The notes under the pieces are model-generated. The model was given only the letters and a program-made list of their open reading frames with translations, did not search any database and was not told the origin of the DNA. Positions 29,113 through 43,745 of a stretch of DNA of 64,000 nucleotides are shown here, in pieces; position 1 is the stretch's first letter, and the number at the start of each line of letters is the position of its first letter. The stretch covers positions 12,028,001-12,092,000 of the forward strand of contig OZ024758.1 of assembly GCA_964016885.1 (NCBI GenBank), written 5' to 3'. This DNA comes from Eledone cirrhosa. Its lineage: Eukaryota. The position numbers were made by a program, and so were the translations under genes.

Positions 29113-30699
29113 ATTTAAAAGCTTCGCCTATTATATAATCTTGAAACATATTTTAGCGTTCATCTATAGTTATTTTTGGAGTTGGAATAGCAAAGCGTTC
29201 ATGTCGCTGAATGTCCATATATTTTGTATTCAGCTACCAATCTACATTTTGATGATTTTATTGATATTAGTATTGAAGAGTTAAGAAACCTGTTTATTAT
29301 CATTATCACAATTTCCTATCTGCTCGATGTAATAATCAACTTAGTATTCAGTTATTGTTTAGGTTTATAACATTAATATGGCGATAACAATGAATAACCC
29401 TTATCATATACATTTCTGGCTTCGTGAGAATTTACGCATTAAATACATTTCAGAAATTATTATTAATTCAGGATGTGACTATACAATCTGGTGAATAACA
29501 TTTTCAACAATTTTTTTAATTCTATATGACAGATTTTTACTGACGAATTACTGGCTATTGAATACTAGATAATTTTCTGCGCTGCCATAAGAAATAAAAT
29601 CTATTTAACCAGTACATACAGTCATGTTTAATAATCAATACAGACAGATATGAAGAATTTTGAATGCATTAAAATATATTTAAATATTTCAGAAAGGTGG
29701 AAAATATTTTATTTGTTAATTGATTTGTATAATGCTCAATTAGAATAGTGTCTACACATATTTTAATCTTGGGTAGATTCCACTCAGAAACCACCCCAGA
29801 AATATATGGAAATAAATATACAATGGAAGAGGTGACAAATATTTCACCCACTACACATTACGGTCGAATTTTCACATTATGTTGGTCAATTTAAACTAAT
29901 AATTATAAAATTTCACACCATTCACTCATTATAGCTTTTATCTGCTACTGTCGCTTATTTTATCTGAAAATCATAAGAGAGTCTACCGCAGTTATTTATT
30001 TTTCAGCTTCGCACAAAGGCAGTATCCATGACCGATCAAAGACAGATATCGAATTTCAAATAATTAATTCTCCTCAGAGAAACTGAAACGTTGTCAGTAA
30101 GATGTCTTCACAAAGCTAGACATAATTTAAAGATCATCAAATGAGATGTAAATAATATAAAGATTCTGGTTATTATGAGAGATTGTATAGATTACAATGA
30201 CGTTTTAGTAAATGAAGTGTTTACTTAAGATTTTACTTTAAAATTTCGGTGTATAAAGGACCTTTTCAAATAGCTCTGTGGAACAGGGAACGTAAGAGGG
30301 TAAAGTAAAGAAAGACATCAAAGGTGTTTATATCTTCCTGTCGAGACATGAGTCCACATTGAACATATTCTCACATTAATAACATGTATACTACTGAACA
30401 TAAACAGTTGCAGGGGTTATAGTATTCATTTCTTTCCTATAGACATGAATGCTAAAGATTCTACCATTCTCTAAGTAATATTCAATTAAAAAAATTCATA
30501 TTCTATTTCACTCCATAATTTGAAAGGAAACTATTGATGTTTCATCTCCGTTTTATAAGCAGTTATTTATATCAATATCAAATTGGTGTGGTTCGATTTA
30601 CAGATACGTTCGATTTAGCTTATTCAGGACTTGATAATAAAATGAAATTATAATTTTATAACGTATCTATCTCTACCGATACTGCCAATCCACCGCCCC

Positions 30700-30732
<33 letters not shown>

Positions 30733-30773
30733 GTATATATATATAAATATATATGTATATATATATATATGTA

Positions 30774-30820
<47 letters not shown>

Positions 30821-30885
30821 ATATATATATATGTGAATATATATATATATATATATAATATATATATATAAATATATATATATAT

Positions 30886-30929
<44 letters not shown>

Positions 30930-31107
30930 TGTGTGTGTGGGGGGGGGGGGTTATCTCTTGTTGATTTTGTGATGGAAATATTAAAACAATTAAAGGAAAT
31001 TTAAAGGAAACGTAAATGCAAGCTAAAAGAGTGACACAATGACTTTTTATTATCTTTGTCTACACATCATTCTTTTGAGTACATATATTGATCATATATA
31101 CTTACAT

Positions 31108-31161
<54 letters not shown>

Positions 31162-31222
31162 TATATGTATGTATATATATATATATATATATATGTATAC
31201 ATATACATATATGTATATATAC

Positions 31223-31265
<43 letters not shown>

Positions 31266-31610
31266 TATTATTTTCCCTCTCCCTCGCACTCTTTTACACT
31301 TATTCACAGTTCCACTCCAACTTCATCAGATCACATATTTCAAGTATAGTTTATAATTGAAGAATTAGTTTTAACTACACTAAAACACCTTTCCGATTGA
31401 TAACCATTTTACCTCCGGTTTTTTTTCACTCCATATCACGATTCTGCACCTGAATTACTTCTTATGACTTCAACTGTTTTCATCTTTTTCTTTTTTTTTT
31501 CTTTTTTATCCATGGTTCCATTCAGTTCATATCCATTTCGTTTTCTATAAAATCTGTTAGATATATATATATATATGTGAGAAAAACCACAGACCCTCCA
31601 TCTCAACTCA

Positions 31611-31648
31611 CCTTTTGAAAAGCAGAAGAACTGCGAAACCGGTAAAGG
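31611..31648 (+). ncRNA. Minimal type I hammerhead with U3:A8 core variant (family D)
   Basis: CCTT-TTGAAAA-GCAG-AAGAA-CTGC-GAAAC-CG-GTA-AAGG; palindromic ACCGGT stem III. Confidence 0.75.
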
Positions 31649-31780
31649 AACCAAATAAATATATATATTTTAAAAAAAAAATAAGACTTCAGTTGCATTT
31701 TCGATTTCATCTCTTTTTCTTTATACTTTCACTCGTGTAGGACACCTCGGTTATTTTTCATTTTGTAAAAAAACCCTCAC

Positions 31781-31849
<69 letters not shown>

Positions 31850-31863
31850 TTTTAATATAGATG

Positions 31864-31914
31864 AGATTCTACAGGACTAGAACTGTTTCATTCTTTAGAA
31901 ATCATCAGGAATCT
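31864..31914 (-). ncRNA. Type I hammerhead ribozyme (family A, GUA site)
   Basis: Same as 20980-21030 except the triplet is GTA. Confidence 0.83.
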
Positions 31915-32103
31915 GAGTATCAAAAAATAAATATGGTATTTATAGGTCTCTTCAGGTCGTAGGAGAGGGTAGGGAGTGGGATGGGTAGAGGTCATTGGTT
32001 GATAGAAAAGGGAATTCATTCATTTTAATGAATTCCCTTTTCTATCAACCAATGATCTCTACCTGAAGAGACCTATAAATACCATATTTATTTTTTGATA
32101 CCC

Positions 32104-32153
32104 AGATTCCTGATGATTTTTAAGAATGAAACAGTTCTAGTCCTGTAGAATCT
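32104..32153 (+). ncRNA. Type I hammerhead ribozyme (family A), inverted partner of 31864-31914
   Basis: AGATTC-CTGATGA-TTTTTAAGAAT-GAAACAG-TTCTAGTC-CTGTA-GAATCT. Confidence 0.8.
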
Positions 32154-32535
32154 CATCTATATTAAAACTTTTATACTCTGCAATGTATTGAGTACCTTAC
32201 TTACTGTGGTTACCTCCGATTCAACCCGGAATAACGTATATATATATATATATTTCGTTTCTGAATTTGTTTAGCAAGATACTTTATCTGAAAACGTGTG
32301 TTGAAACTGATATTGTTATACTTTGGGATGGTCATGTTGCCAATAAGAAACAATCGTCTGGCATCCATTAGATCAAGAAGCATGAAAACGCGATAGAAAA
32401 TATAGATACTTACTAAAGGAATGTTTCCAATCAGGTTTCATCATAAAATTCTATCCAAGAAATCACTTAACTTTAAGTTATATATATACATAGAACCAAA
32501 GAATATATATATATGTAAATATATATATATGTATG

Positions 32536-32630
<95 letters not shown>

Positions 32631-33005
32631 AAGTATTGAAGTTTCCGTTGAAAATTGAAAAACACCTGCAAGCCTGACGGTATCCAATGATGTTGACTTG
32701 TTCTTCTTTTTAGTAAATATCATCTTGGTTAAGAGAGTGGGACTGGCTTTGTGCAGTGCCTTTGCTCACTATAAAAGCTTCACGGCGCAGGCATTGCTTT
32801 ATATCTGGAGATCTCTCTGCACTTTTCGTCACATGGTACCATGGGCCCAGCACTATGTGTCAATAATTGTCACAAGTGTAGTGTTTGTACCAGAGTTGTC
32901 AAGTCGCTGGCTGGACTAAAAAGTCACACTCGTTCAGCGCATCGGTAGGAGTTCTCCTACATGAATATAAAGTAGTGGCCATACTCGAAAACGAGTTGGC
33001 AGCCA

Positions 33006-33094
<89 letters not shown>

Positions 33095-33095
33095 A

Positions 33096-33393
33096 ATTGA
33101 AAAAGTCATAGGAGTGAAGAGTGCTCTATGTAAGTTACAGACCTAAATGTAATGTATAATAAACAATACAATATAATTACCTCATTACCAGACGAATACA
33201 AGAAACGTCCTCATTCGTTCGTCAGACATTCGTTCGTTTGTCTTACGAACGAATGAGGACGTTTCTTGTATTCGTCTGGTAATGAGGTCATTATATTGTA
33301 TTGTTTATTGTACATTAAATTTAGCTCTGTAACTTACATAGACCACTCTTCACTCCTATGACTTTTTCAATTTTCAACGGAAACTTCAATACT
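33096..33393. mobile_element. TA-flanked fold-back element (family H)
   Basis: 33096-33228 is the reverse complement of ~33238-33372, with a few mismatches. Confidence 0.6.
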
Positions 33394-33402
33394 TATATAT
33401 AT

Positions 33403-33558
<156 letters not shown>

Positions 33559-34935
33559 CGTAACTCCTGACGAAGTTGTAGAGGCACCATCTCGACATGC
33601 AGAGAAGGATAGAAAGTGAGAGAAAGAGATATAGAGGAACAATCTACCTCAGTACTAGACAGGTATTTTTTCACCGACCTTATATGGATGAAAGGCAAAG
33701 TTGACCTCGGTGGAATTTGAACCTAAAGTGCAGTAGCAGGAACAAATACTGCAAAATCAAACAATAAGAACCGTTATAGGCAAGAACATAAAGTCGTTTT
33801 CGGCTAACCACGTGAAAGGATACATTGACAGAGTTATTTAAATGATAATCTCTCGGATTTTGGTATTATATACCTGGATATTTTGAAATCATTCAACACA
33901 AATTATCTTGAGCTAAGAATTCATAGGACATACCATTTTCTAAACCATAAGAGGAAGCAAAGCATTTCCATAATTCTAAGTGCTTCTAAGTTTCAAGTGC
34001 GTTATTTACCATGTATCAAGTCGAACGAGAAATATATGAATGAAGCAGTCACAGTTTTGCAAAAGGAAGTATTTTCTCTCTTAAATAATTTAGCCTTGGA
34101 ATTATATAACCATAGATTCATGAGATAAATTAACGCCAAAGCAAATAATTGTCATGCGCTTAGCTTTTGGTTCTTGGCGTTATTCAAGATGTTGTCACAT
34201 AATTGTATGATAAATTACATTTATTTCTGTGAAGAAATCCATATTAATGTATTATTAATTCGTATACTAAGTAGGCTTTGGAATTTGAAGATTGCAATTG
34301 TTGGATATGACTTGCAAATCATCGTTTAAAAAGAGGGGTGGGGGGCTCACAAAAGTTGAGAGATATGCAATTAAATTTAGGAAAATACAGGGTACACTGA
34401 GATGCAAAATTATTGAGACCAAAATAACACCTGATTTCCCCCAAAGAAAGAAAGATAGATAGAGAGGAGCTTAAACTAAAGAGAATGAACCAAAACCAGT
34501 CCTGGATTATGAATTTATTGACCTCAGGAGAAGAAAGTCCAAACCTGCCTCGGCTCATTTGAGCTCAAGATGCAAAAAGATGGAACAAATGCCATGAAGC
34601 CATCTATCAGACATTCTACAGAGTATACCAATTCAGTACCTGTATGCTGAAATGTATATAGGAATCAATGCGTGTGTGTATGGATGTGTGACATGTGATT
34701 TTTATATGTGTGAAAATCATAATGTTTATGCGAATTGGGGTATGCAAGTTATTGACATATAGATTTCAATTTTCAATTTTCACATGGCAGAAACAATAGT
34801 GCAAATGAAACCAGATATCAATACCATAGATTTATATTTGTTTCAGTATATATCTTATGAATGTGTTGCAGTATATATCTCATATGTATATAGTGTTTTA
34901 TTACAGAGTTTAATACAAAGTTGTTTAAATATTTC

Positions 34936-34991
<56 letters not shown>

Positions 34992-35096
34992 CCACTACCA
35001 CTGTCTACCCCACCACCACCTACTTCTAATCCTCACACACCATGTATATCCCATATATAAGAACAAACATACACACAACAGTATAGACAAGCACAC

Positions 35097-35130
<34 letters not shown>

Positions 35131-35145
35131 CAACATAAGAAACGG

Positions 35146-35194
<49 letters not shown>

Positions 35195-35196
35195 GG

Positions 35197-35273
<77 letters not shown>

Positions 35274-35365
35274 GTAGGTCCCGGGTTGAGTCGGGGATAA
35301 CCACAGTAAGTAAGGTACTCAATACATGGCAGAGTAAAGTTGTTTTTTGTTTTTTTTTTTTCTAT

Positions 35366-35425
<60 letters not shown>

Positions 35426-35494
35426 CATATATATATATAATCCGTTTCTTATGTTGTCATATATATATATATATAGCGGCGATGAAATATAACA

Positions 35495-35534
35495 CCACTG
35501 ACGATGTTGCAGATGTGCAACGAAAGATTTATGT
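35495..35534 (+). ncRNA. Hammerhead motif (family L, related to F), partly decayed
   Basis: CCA-CTGACGA-T-GTTGCA-GATG-TGCAAC-GAAAG-AT-TTA-TGT; second copy at 61473-61512 (-). Confidence 0.6.
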
Positions 35535-35739
35535 AAATTATGTAAACTATATATATGTGTTTGTGTCTATATTGTATCTGTATTATTTTTGACCGTCGGT
35601 CAGTCAATGGCAACATTGAGGACCGAGTAAGTTAGATTACAGATATAAAAGACAGCGAGAAGCGAAAACCAACCAAACAGTGAGTGTGTTCTGTTATTAA
35701 TTCTGGCAATATTACACAAATATGACCCTCCCCAAGTAT

Positions 35740-35800
<61 letters not shown>

Positions 35801-35837
35801 ATTAAATAAATGGAAACTATATTTATAAAACCATATT

Positions 35838-35903
35838 TATTTCATTATATATATTTCGGGGATATCATATTAACAATATGCTATGCCTTCCTCAGACAAA
35901 ATA
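35838..35903 (-). ncRNA. Type I hammerhead motif (family M)
   Basis: Reverse complement of 36383-36448. Confidence 0.78.
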
Positions 35904-36382
35904 CAATATAAACACTTTTATAGATAAATAGATTCGACATACCGTAACAACACCGACTTCCATTTGAAGAGGTTGAATTGGCAGTGAAAAAATTTTACAC
36001 AGAGAGAAAGAAAGAACTAAATAAATAAATAAATAAATAAATGTATCATTGATACATTTACTCAACTGACCTCCCACTACCTAATTTTCTATATATATAT
36101 GTATCTATCTCTATTTCCTCTCTCTCTATATATATATTTCTCTTTCTGTTTCTTTACATGAAGTTCTTCTCTTTATCTATCTTTCCATCTCTCTATTTTG
36201 TTCCATGCATTTCTTCTTTTTCTTCCTTTTCTTCGTTTTCTGTCTTTCTTTCTTTTTTCTTTTTTTTTTTTCTTTCTTTCTCTCTGTGTAAAATTTATTC
36301 ACTGCCAATTCAACCTCTTCAAATGCAAGTCGGTGTTGTTACGGTATGTCGAATCTATTTATCTATAAAACTGTTTATATTG

Positions 36383-36448
36383 TATTTTGTCTGAGGAAGG
36401 CATAGCATATTGTTAATATGATATCCCCGAAATATATATAATGAAATA
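36383..36448 (+). ncRNA. Type I hammerhead motif (family M)
   Basis: TATTTTGT-CTGAGGA-stem II-GAAAT-ATAT-ATA-ATGAAATA. Confidence 0.78.
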
Positions 36449-36761
36449 AATATGGTTTTATAAATATAGTTTCCATTTATTTAATATTGTAAATATACTC
36501 CAAATATTTGTCGAGTGCTTTTATATCAGTTATAAATATTTACTAGTTGTAACCCAACAATTTTAAATATAACTTTCCATATATATATATATATCTGTGT
36601 GCTTGTCTATACTGTTGTGTGTATGTTTGGTTTGTTCTTATATATGGGATATACATGGTGTGTGAGGATTAGAAGTAGGTGGTGGTGGGGTAGACAGTGG
36701 TAGTGGTGGTGTAAGAGAGAGAGAGAGAGAGAGAGAGTTGAAATATTTAAACAACTCTGAA

Positions 36762-36826
<65 letters not shown>

Positions 36827-37389
36827 ATCCGTTTCTTATGTTGTCATTAAATCTGCCGCAATGAAAGATTCAGAGTATAACATTTCGTAACTCATATATA
36901 TGGTAATGAGGAGAAATATGAGTAGATATGAAACATTGTCAATCAATGTGCTGTTATTGTTGAACATCTATCTGATGATAGGATCATACGTTACTCGGTA
37001 TATTTTTATATGGGGGAAGGGAATTATATTTTTTAGTGTATCCTACAAAATTATGAAAGAAATGAGAAAATATAATGCTGAATCGTAGAGCTAACATAAC
37101 AAAATAAAATATAACTCTTTCATCTGTAATAATATTGAGGAGATATATAATAAATGTGAAAACTGTGTGTACCTGACAGACTTGGTACACTATCTGGTAG
37201 AAGGTAATAAACATAATGCAACTGTATTTTCGTTTAAAATTATTCCTACATGAATTCCTTTCAGTTAAATCCACGAACAGACCTATTACAGCTAGCTTTT
37301 GGATACAACAATGAAATACTTTTATGTTTGCACTTCTATTTACCTCCTATCGATTATATAGCAGAATATCTAGAAATTACTATGATATA

Positions 37390-37420
<31 letters not shown>

Positions 37421-37628
37421 ACGAAGGAGATGTGGTAAGGAACCAGGTGGACCATAACGCACCAAAGTACTCAATACTTAGGGTAGTAGCGTGGGTAAGA
37501 GGAACGAGTAGGACCCCGACGGCTGAGCTCAAGCCGTTTCAACGGCTAATTCTGGACGGCTAATTCAGTCCAGAATTAGCCGTCGAAACGGCTTGAGCTC
37601 AGCCGTCGGGGTCCTACTCGTTCCTATA

Positions 37629-37722
<94 letters not shown>

Positions 37723-37756
37723 AATGTATATATATATATTTATATGTAAATGTATT

Positions 37757-37825
<69 letters not shown>

Positions 37826-37885
37826 GTGTATATATATATACGTGTATTTATACATCCCTCTAATACATATATATATATGTATTTA

Positions 37886-37936
<51 letters not shown>

Positions 37937-37991
37937 TTATACATATATATACATATATATATATTATATATATTATATATATATATGTATT

Positions 37992-38034
<43 letters not shown>

Positions 38035-38040
38035 TTATAC

Positions 38041-38074
<34 letters not shown>

Positions 38075-38099
38075 GTATGTATTTATGTATATATATATG

Positions 38100-38172
<73 letters not shown>

Positions 38173-38174
38173 TT

Positions 38175-38253
<79 letters not shown>

Positions 38254-39629
38254 AACCAGTAAGACCCCGACAGCTGAGCTCAAGCCGTTTCGACGGCTAA
38301 ATATATATATATATTTATATATATATATTTCAGACAGTACTTATTCACAGAAATATATAACAAAGTTGTTTCAATAAATAAATCATACAACACAGTCTTT
38401 CAATCAAACTTTTTAAGTTCTGAGAATAGAAGTCATAAAATTTCGTTTATTCAAACTGTATGTGAAATAGAGAATTCTAAGAGAGCAAACTTTCATCAAG
38501 TTTTATATAAAATCCGTTTGGATATATCGAATTGTAATGATAAGCTTTAAGGCAAGTAAATGAGCTAGATAACAGTATAAAAGTTAATTCTATTTTCTCA
38601 TATCAATTCTGGTTTACATGATTACTGAAAAGAGGTTTCAAGATATAAATGAAATAGTTCCATCACATATTACTCCTACCTTTTCCTATACTTAAAGTTA
38701 TATTGACTCCAATATACTTTCTGATTAAATATCATCGGCAAAACGTTACTGAAAAAAAGAGTAGAAAACCTGAACAATTTTTCACATTGGTGATAAACTC
38801 GATGATTCGTCAATAGAATATCGTGATAACACATTAACGGGCGGATCATGTAATATTTCCGGCATATTAGAATTCGCTAAACATGCTTCAAAGTATTTCT
38901 AAAATGTCGTACAAATATTTTAATTATTCTCTTCTGTTAAATAGTGAATCAATATGGTGCTTATATTTTGTTCGGGAATAGCTTAGAGAAACGACATTAA
39001 ACAAATTAAATCAAATACAAGAATAAAGTGTAGCGCGTATGATATAATTTGGAAGAATAATGATATTATAATGTTCAAAAGAATATGAACATCACAGATT
39101 TCACTAATTTATAATCCCAGATTTATAATAAAGTACAGAGTGTTGCACGATATTAATTCATCCACACTTCTAAGTGGCACAAATTACAAGAGCTCTCATG
39201 AATATATTATTTACCAATATGAAACTCAGGGCAAGTCAAATTACACAACAGGGTGATATATCTACCATTTGAATATATTCCTTGTTAAAAACATTCACGG
39301 TTATTTTTATGAGTAATCAATTGAACAGATCTCTGTATATTTTGTATTTAATTGTAACAATCTTTCTCGATCCAGGATTGATTTAACGAATGAATATGCT
39401 ATTTTCAAATTATAAAATATTTAGTTTCGTAATTCACTTGTTTCTCAGTTGAGGGGTTAGTTACGTTTGATGACATTTAAAAAAGGTTCTATTATATGTA
39501 AATTGAGACTTCTGACATTACTAATTCTAATGGAAGTAACGAATTAGCAAACAACAGGTTATATATACTTTATGTCTCGCATTCGTGAATATATATACAT
39601 AAAACACCCAGCACACACTGTACTTATGA

Positions 39630-39786
39630 TTGGCGTTAGGAAGAGCATCCAAACGTAGAAAACCAGCCACAAACAGTCCTATACGAGAGGGTCACTCGAC
39701 CCAACTTGCCTCAAATGGGACAAACCCGTCTAACCCACGCTAGCGTGCAAGATAGATGTTAAACGATGATGATGATGATGATGATG
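39630..39786 (+). mobile_element. Second SINE family, 3' part with (GAT)n tail
   Basis: GGCGTTAGGAAGAGCATCC (V-domain-like) through GTTAAACGATGATGAT; tail-only pieces at 16021-16085 (+) and 25358-25408 (-). Confidence 0.7.
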
Positions 39787-40540
39787 GAGGAGGAGAATGT
39801 GCGCATGCGGGTGTGAGTCCCTATTGATTGTGTCATTCAATCAGTATTGGATTCTAATAGAATAATAATTGCTGTTGTTAATTAAAGGAATTTCAGTCAC
39901 CCCATATATAAAGAAATATTCAAAGGGTTAAATCGTTATTTGTATCTTAAAATTGAAATCCTGAAAGAATGGAAGATTAAAAGAAATTCTAATGATAAAA
40001 AAATGTCTTTATTCAAACAGTACTTCAATACAGATTATTATGTTTAGTTTCCATTTTAGCTTCTTAGATGGAATATAAATTTATAATTTATATGGATAAT
40101 TTTCTCATTTTCTCTAAGATATTTGATTTGATGTTTGGCTGTTTTTTAACATAATTACATATCGCACCAGGAAAGGAGTACAAGAGATAACTTGTTTAGT
40201 AAATTCTTCAGAAGATATATAATTCATGAATACAATACACATTTGAAATGATATTTACGTTAGTGTTAATTTAGTTAATGGAATGGAACAGTTAGAAATA
40301 TATTCAAATATAATAATTGTTTGTACTACAACTAATATCTTCAAGCCTTATTAAAACTGAAAACAGTATTAATTATTGATATACAACGTCTCTTTTCTCA
40401 CTGTATTATTATATGTTCAAATATAATAATTGTTTCTACTACAACTGTTATGTGCAAGCCTTATTAAAAGTGAAAACAATATTAATTAGTGATATATAAC
40501 TTCTGTTTCCTCACTGTACTAATATATGTTCAAATGTTGC

Positions 40541-40930
40541 AGTGGATTGGCAGTATCGGTAGAGGGTGGGACGCCATGCTTTGACGCATAGAGTTACGGC
40601 TCTTGCCATTCTGACTTCAAATCCCGCCAAGGTTAACTGTGCTTTTCATCCTTACGGGGTCGATAAAATAAAGTACCAGTGATGCACGGGGTAATTGCTG
40701 GCCTTGTGACAAAAGTAGAAACAATTATTATATGTTCAAATGGCGGTGGATTGGCAGTATCGGTAGAGGTTTGGACGCCATGCTTTCCAGCATAGAGTTA
40801 CGCCCTTTTATGATCTGAGTTCAAATCCCGCCGAGGTTAACTTTGCCTTTCATCCTTACGGGGTCGATAAAATAAAGTACCAGTAATACACTGGGATAAT
40901 TGCTGGCCTTGTGCCAGTAGAAACAATTAT
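40541..40930 (+). mobile_element. Two tandem SINE copies
   Basis: Two consensus copies separated and flanked by TAT(A/C)TGTTCAAAT. Confidence 0.87.
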
Positions 40931-41436
40931 TATCTGTTCAAATATAAAAAAAAACAGTGACGAAAGAATTGTTATGTATGAATAATTAACGTTGTTTTCA
41001 GTTTTAATAAGGCTGGGACATATCAGTTGTTAGAGTTTTTATTCCCTACTTATTATTTTTCTTGGAATATTCCAATTAAATTATTATTATGGTGACAATA
41101 ACTTATGTCTTTATGAATGTTCAGGTTTTATATATTGTTGTGTTTTGTCAAATACTGTAATTCATGAGGACATTTCTCTTGCTGATTTCATGTTAATTAT
41201 CGTTCGAGGGAATCTACAATCAAATGTAAATGTTTCCTTCTCATCAGTACCACATCTGTTGTGAATTGTGTAGTATTACAATCTCTATTATATCCTTTCG
41301 ATTTTAAAGAACCTAGGTGTGATTTGAGAGAAAGCGAGCTACTATTTATTGATACTCCCAAAGTGGTGCTTACCTATTCATTAGTTCATGGATACCAAAC
41401 TATTAGAACAATGGTATTTGTGTGAGCTAGTAAGAG

Positions 41437-41655
41437 TGGTGGATTGGCAGAATTGTTAGAGCCTCAGACCAAATGCTTTGTGGCATAGAATTACAGCCCT
41501 TTACGTTCTGATGTCAAATCCTGTCGAGATTAGCTTTACCTTTCATCCTTACTTGGTCGATAAAATAAAGTACCAGTAATGCACCGGAGTTTACCTAATC
41601 GACTTACCCCTCCCCTTCAAATTGCTGGTCTTGTGCCTAAATCTGAAACCATTAT
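41437..41655 (+). mobile_element. SINE, older long subfamily
   Basis: Diverged match to the consensus. Confidence 0.8.
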
Positions 41656-42937
41656 TTGTTGGTGTGTGAGTGATCTAATACGAAACATCATCCTGTTACT
41701 ACAAACAAGAATATTTCTAATAACAGCTCATCAAACAACAGAAGTGGGTGTTGTATATATATTCTTTTAGCCCTGATACAGAACGTGTTAGTGCAAAGTT
41801 ATTTTTAGAGTGTTTCTTTAAATATTTATACACAACTGGATTAGCATAATCTATAAAAATTATATTTGAGGGCTTTGATATTTTAGATATTGATATGAGA
41901 AGTACGACATATTATTCATATCTATTTGAACATATCTCTATGGTGGAGAGACCGTATGACTACATATAGTGCAGCCAAGAAGGGGTCATTACTGCTGAAA
42001 TCTCCAGATGATAATCACGACCGACTACAAACAAAAGTCACAATAAAAGTCAACAGAAATGTACTGTACAAAGGTTAATTTTTATAGACATTTTACTGCA
42101 AATATTTCCACTGATGTTCAATGTAGCAAAACGGAAATCATATTTGGAATCAACACCACAAAACTACTACTACTACTACTACTATCATACTATAATATGA
42201 TTGATAACAGAAATTGTTTTAACCATTATTATTTAATATCCATAACGATTTTATACAAAAGATAAATGTTTATTTTTCTGCTGTTGAACAAATAGTTTAA
42301 TCTTGTAATAATCAATAAATATATTCTTAGACTGAAAATTTCTATAATAATTTTAGAATTACTATATCGTGTTTGTACCCTTCAAACTGCAATGGATCTT
42401 CCATTATTCATCAAACGAATAATTTTCCATGTGATCTAGCTTAAATATTCTGATATATGTGAGATTTTCTATTGAAATGTATAATCTATTGAAATGTATA
42501 AAGGAAGTTCTTTTACGAGTATGAGCCTGTTGCGTATTTCAAACAGATATGTTGTCGGATGCACATTCAAGAGTATACTTCAATTCGATTGAGATGCAAA
42601 TTTCTCGAAACGGCCATTTTCACTCTCTACGTTTTGTCTCAGCTTTATTTTCTCTCCGTAATTCTTTGTCACAATATCATTGAAATATCAGTGTTGGTGA
42701 GGTATAATTATACAAGATGGTATACAATTTATATTGGACCTCTCATAAATAGCGCTATAGTTTATAGAAGCATTTCAATACAACAATAACTGATTTACTT
42801 CATAGCTGGCAGTATGTGTGGCAAGTTAATGTCTTACTGGATGCAGAATAAAAAAAAACCATTGGTCATAATGTTTCTGGTGCTATAGTTTACCAATCGT
42901 GTGTTGATTGATCGGCGGAGTAACTACTGGATGATCT

Positions 42938-42992
<55 letters not shown>

Positions 42993-43400
42993 CTGGCTAC
43001 ATATATAAGGGTTTACATCAATAGCCAGCTATATATATATATATATATATAATATAGATCATGTATTCATTACTCCGTCAATGCACCACCAAGTTGCATT
43101 ACGTTAAGTACTTTTTATACTACTGCATCATGGTTAACTACACAGAATGAAAAGTTATATCCAGTGGTGAATCACCAACTTCAATGTATATATATATATA
43201 TATATATGTAGATAAATCTACCAAGAGTTTACGGTAGTGTCCAATCCGTATGAAGAACTCAATGTATTCCGGATATCATGGAAAGAAGAGATGTAATGAA
43301 AATCCACTTTCGGTGAAAGATAAACGGTATACAGAGTCAAGATAAAATATTAAACAAATAATGAACAAACAATTCCTTATATTAAACAAAAAAAGTTCAC

Positions 43401-43545
43401 TATTTAACGATCGTTTCTAGGGCATATATGTGTTATAATTGGTATGCATATTTAACAGATCTATGTACAAAATTATACAAAATTATACAAATTATCAAGA
43501 TTAAATATACATACCTAACTCATATATACGCCGTCTTCAGAAATA
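43401..43545 (-). ncRNA. Hammerhead motif with expanded stem II (family C), left arm of palindrome
   Basis: Mirror image of 43550-43694. Confidence 0.68.
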
Positions 43546-43549
43546 AATT

Positions 43550-43694
43550 TATTTCTGAAGACGGCGTATATATGAGTTAGGTATGTATATTTAATCTTGA
43601 TAATTTGTATAATTTTGTATAATTTTGTACATAGATCTGTTAAATATGCATACCAATTATAACACATATATGCCCTAGAAACGATCGTTAAATA
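43550..43694 (+). ncRNA. Hammerhead motif with expanded stem II (family C)
   Basis: TATTT-CTGAAGA-(GGCGTATATATG...CATATATGCC, ~115-nt domain)-GAAAC-GATC-GTT-AAATA; palindromic ACGATCGT stem III. Confidence 0.68.
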
Positions 43695-43745
43695 GTGAAC
43701 TTTTTTTGTTTAATATAAGGAATTGTTTGTTCATTATTTGTTTAA

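Larger units (their letters stand above)
31847..32237. mobile_element. Family A element, inverted dimer between (TA)n tracts
   Basis: Two arms invert at ~32020, each with a hammerhead; the 3' end ...CAACCCGGAATAACG abuts (TA)n. Homologues at 20896-21140, 10232-10395, 35272-35340 and 59455-59565. Confidence 0.75.
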
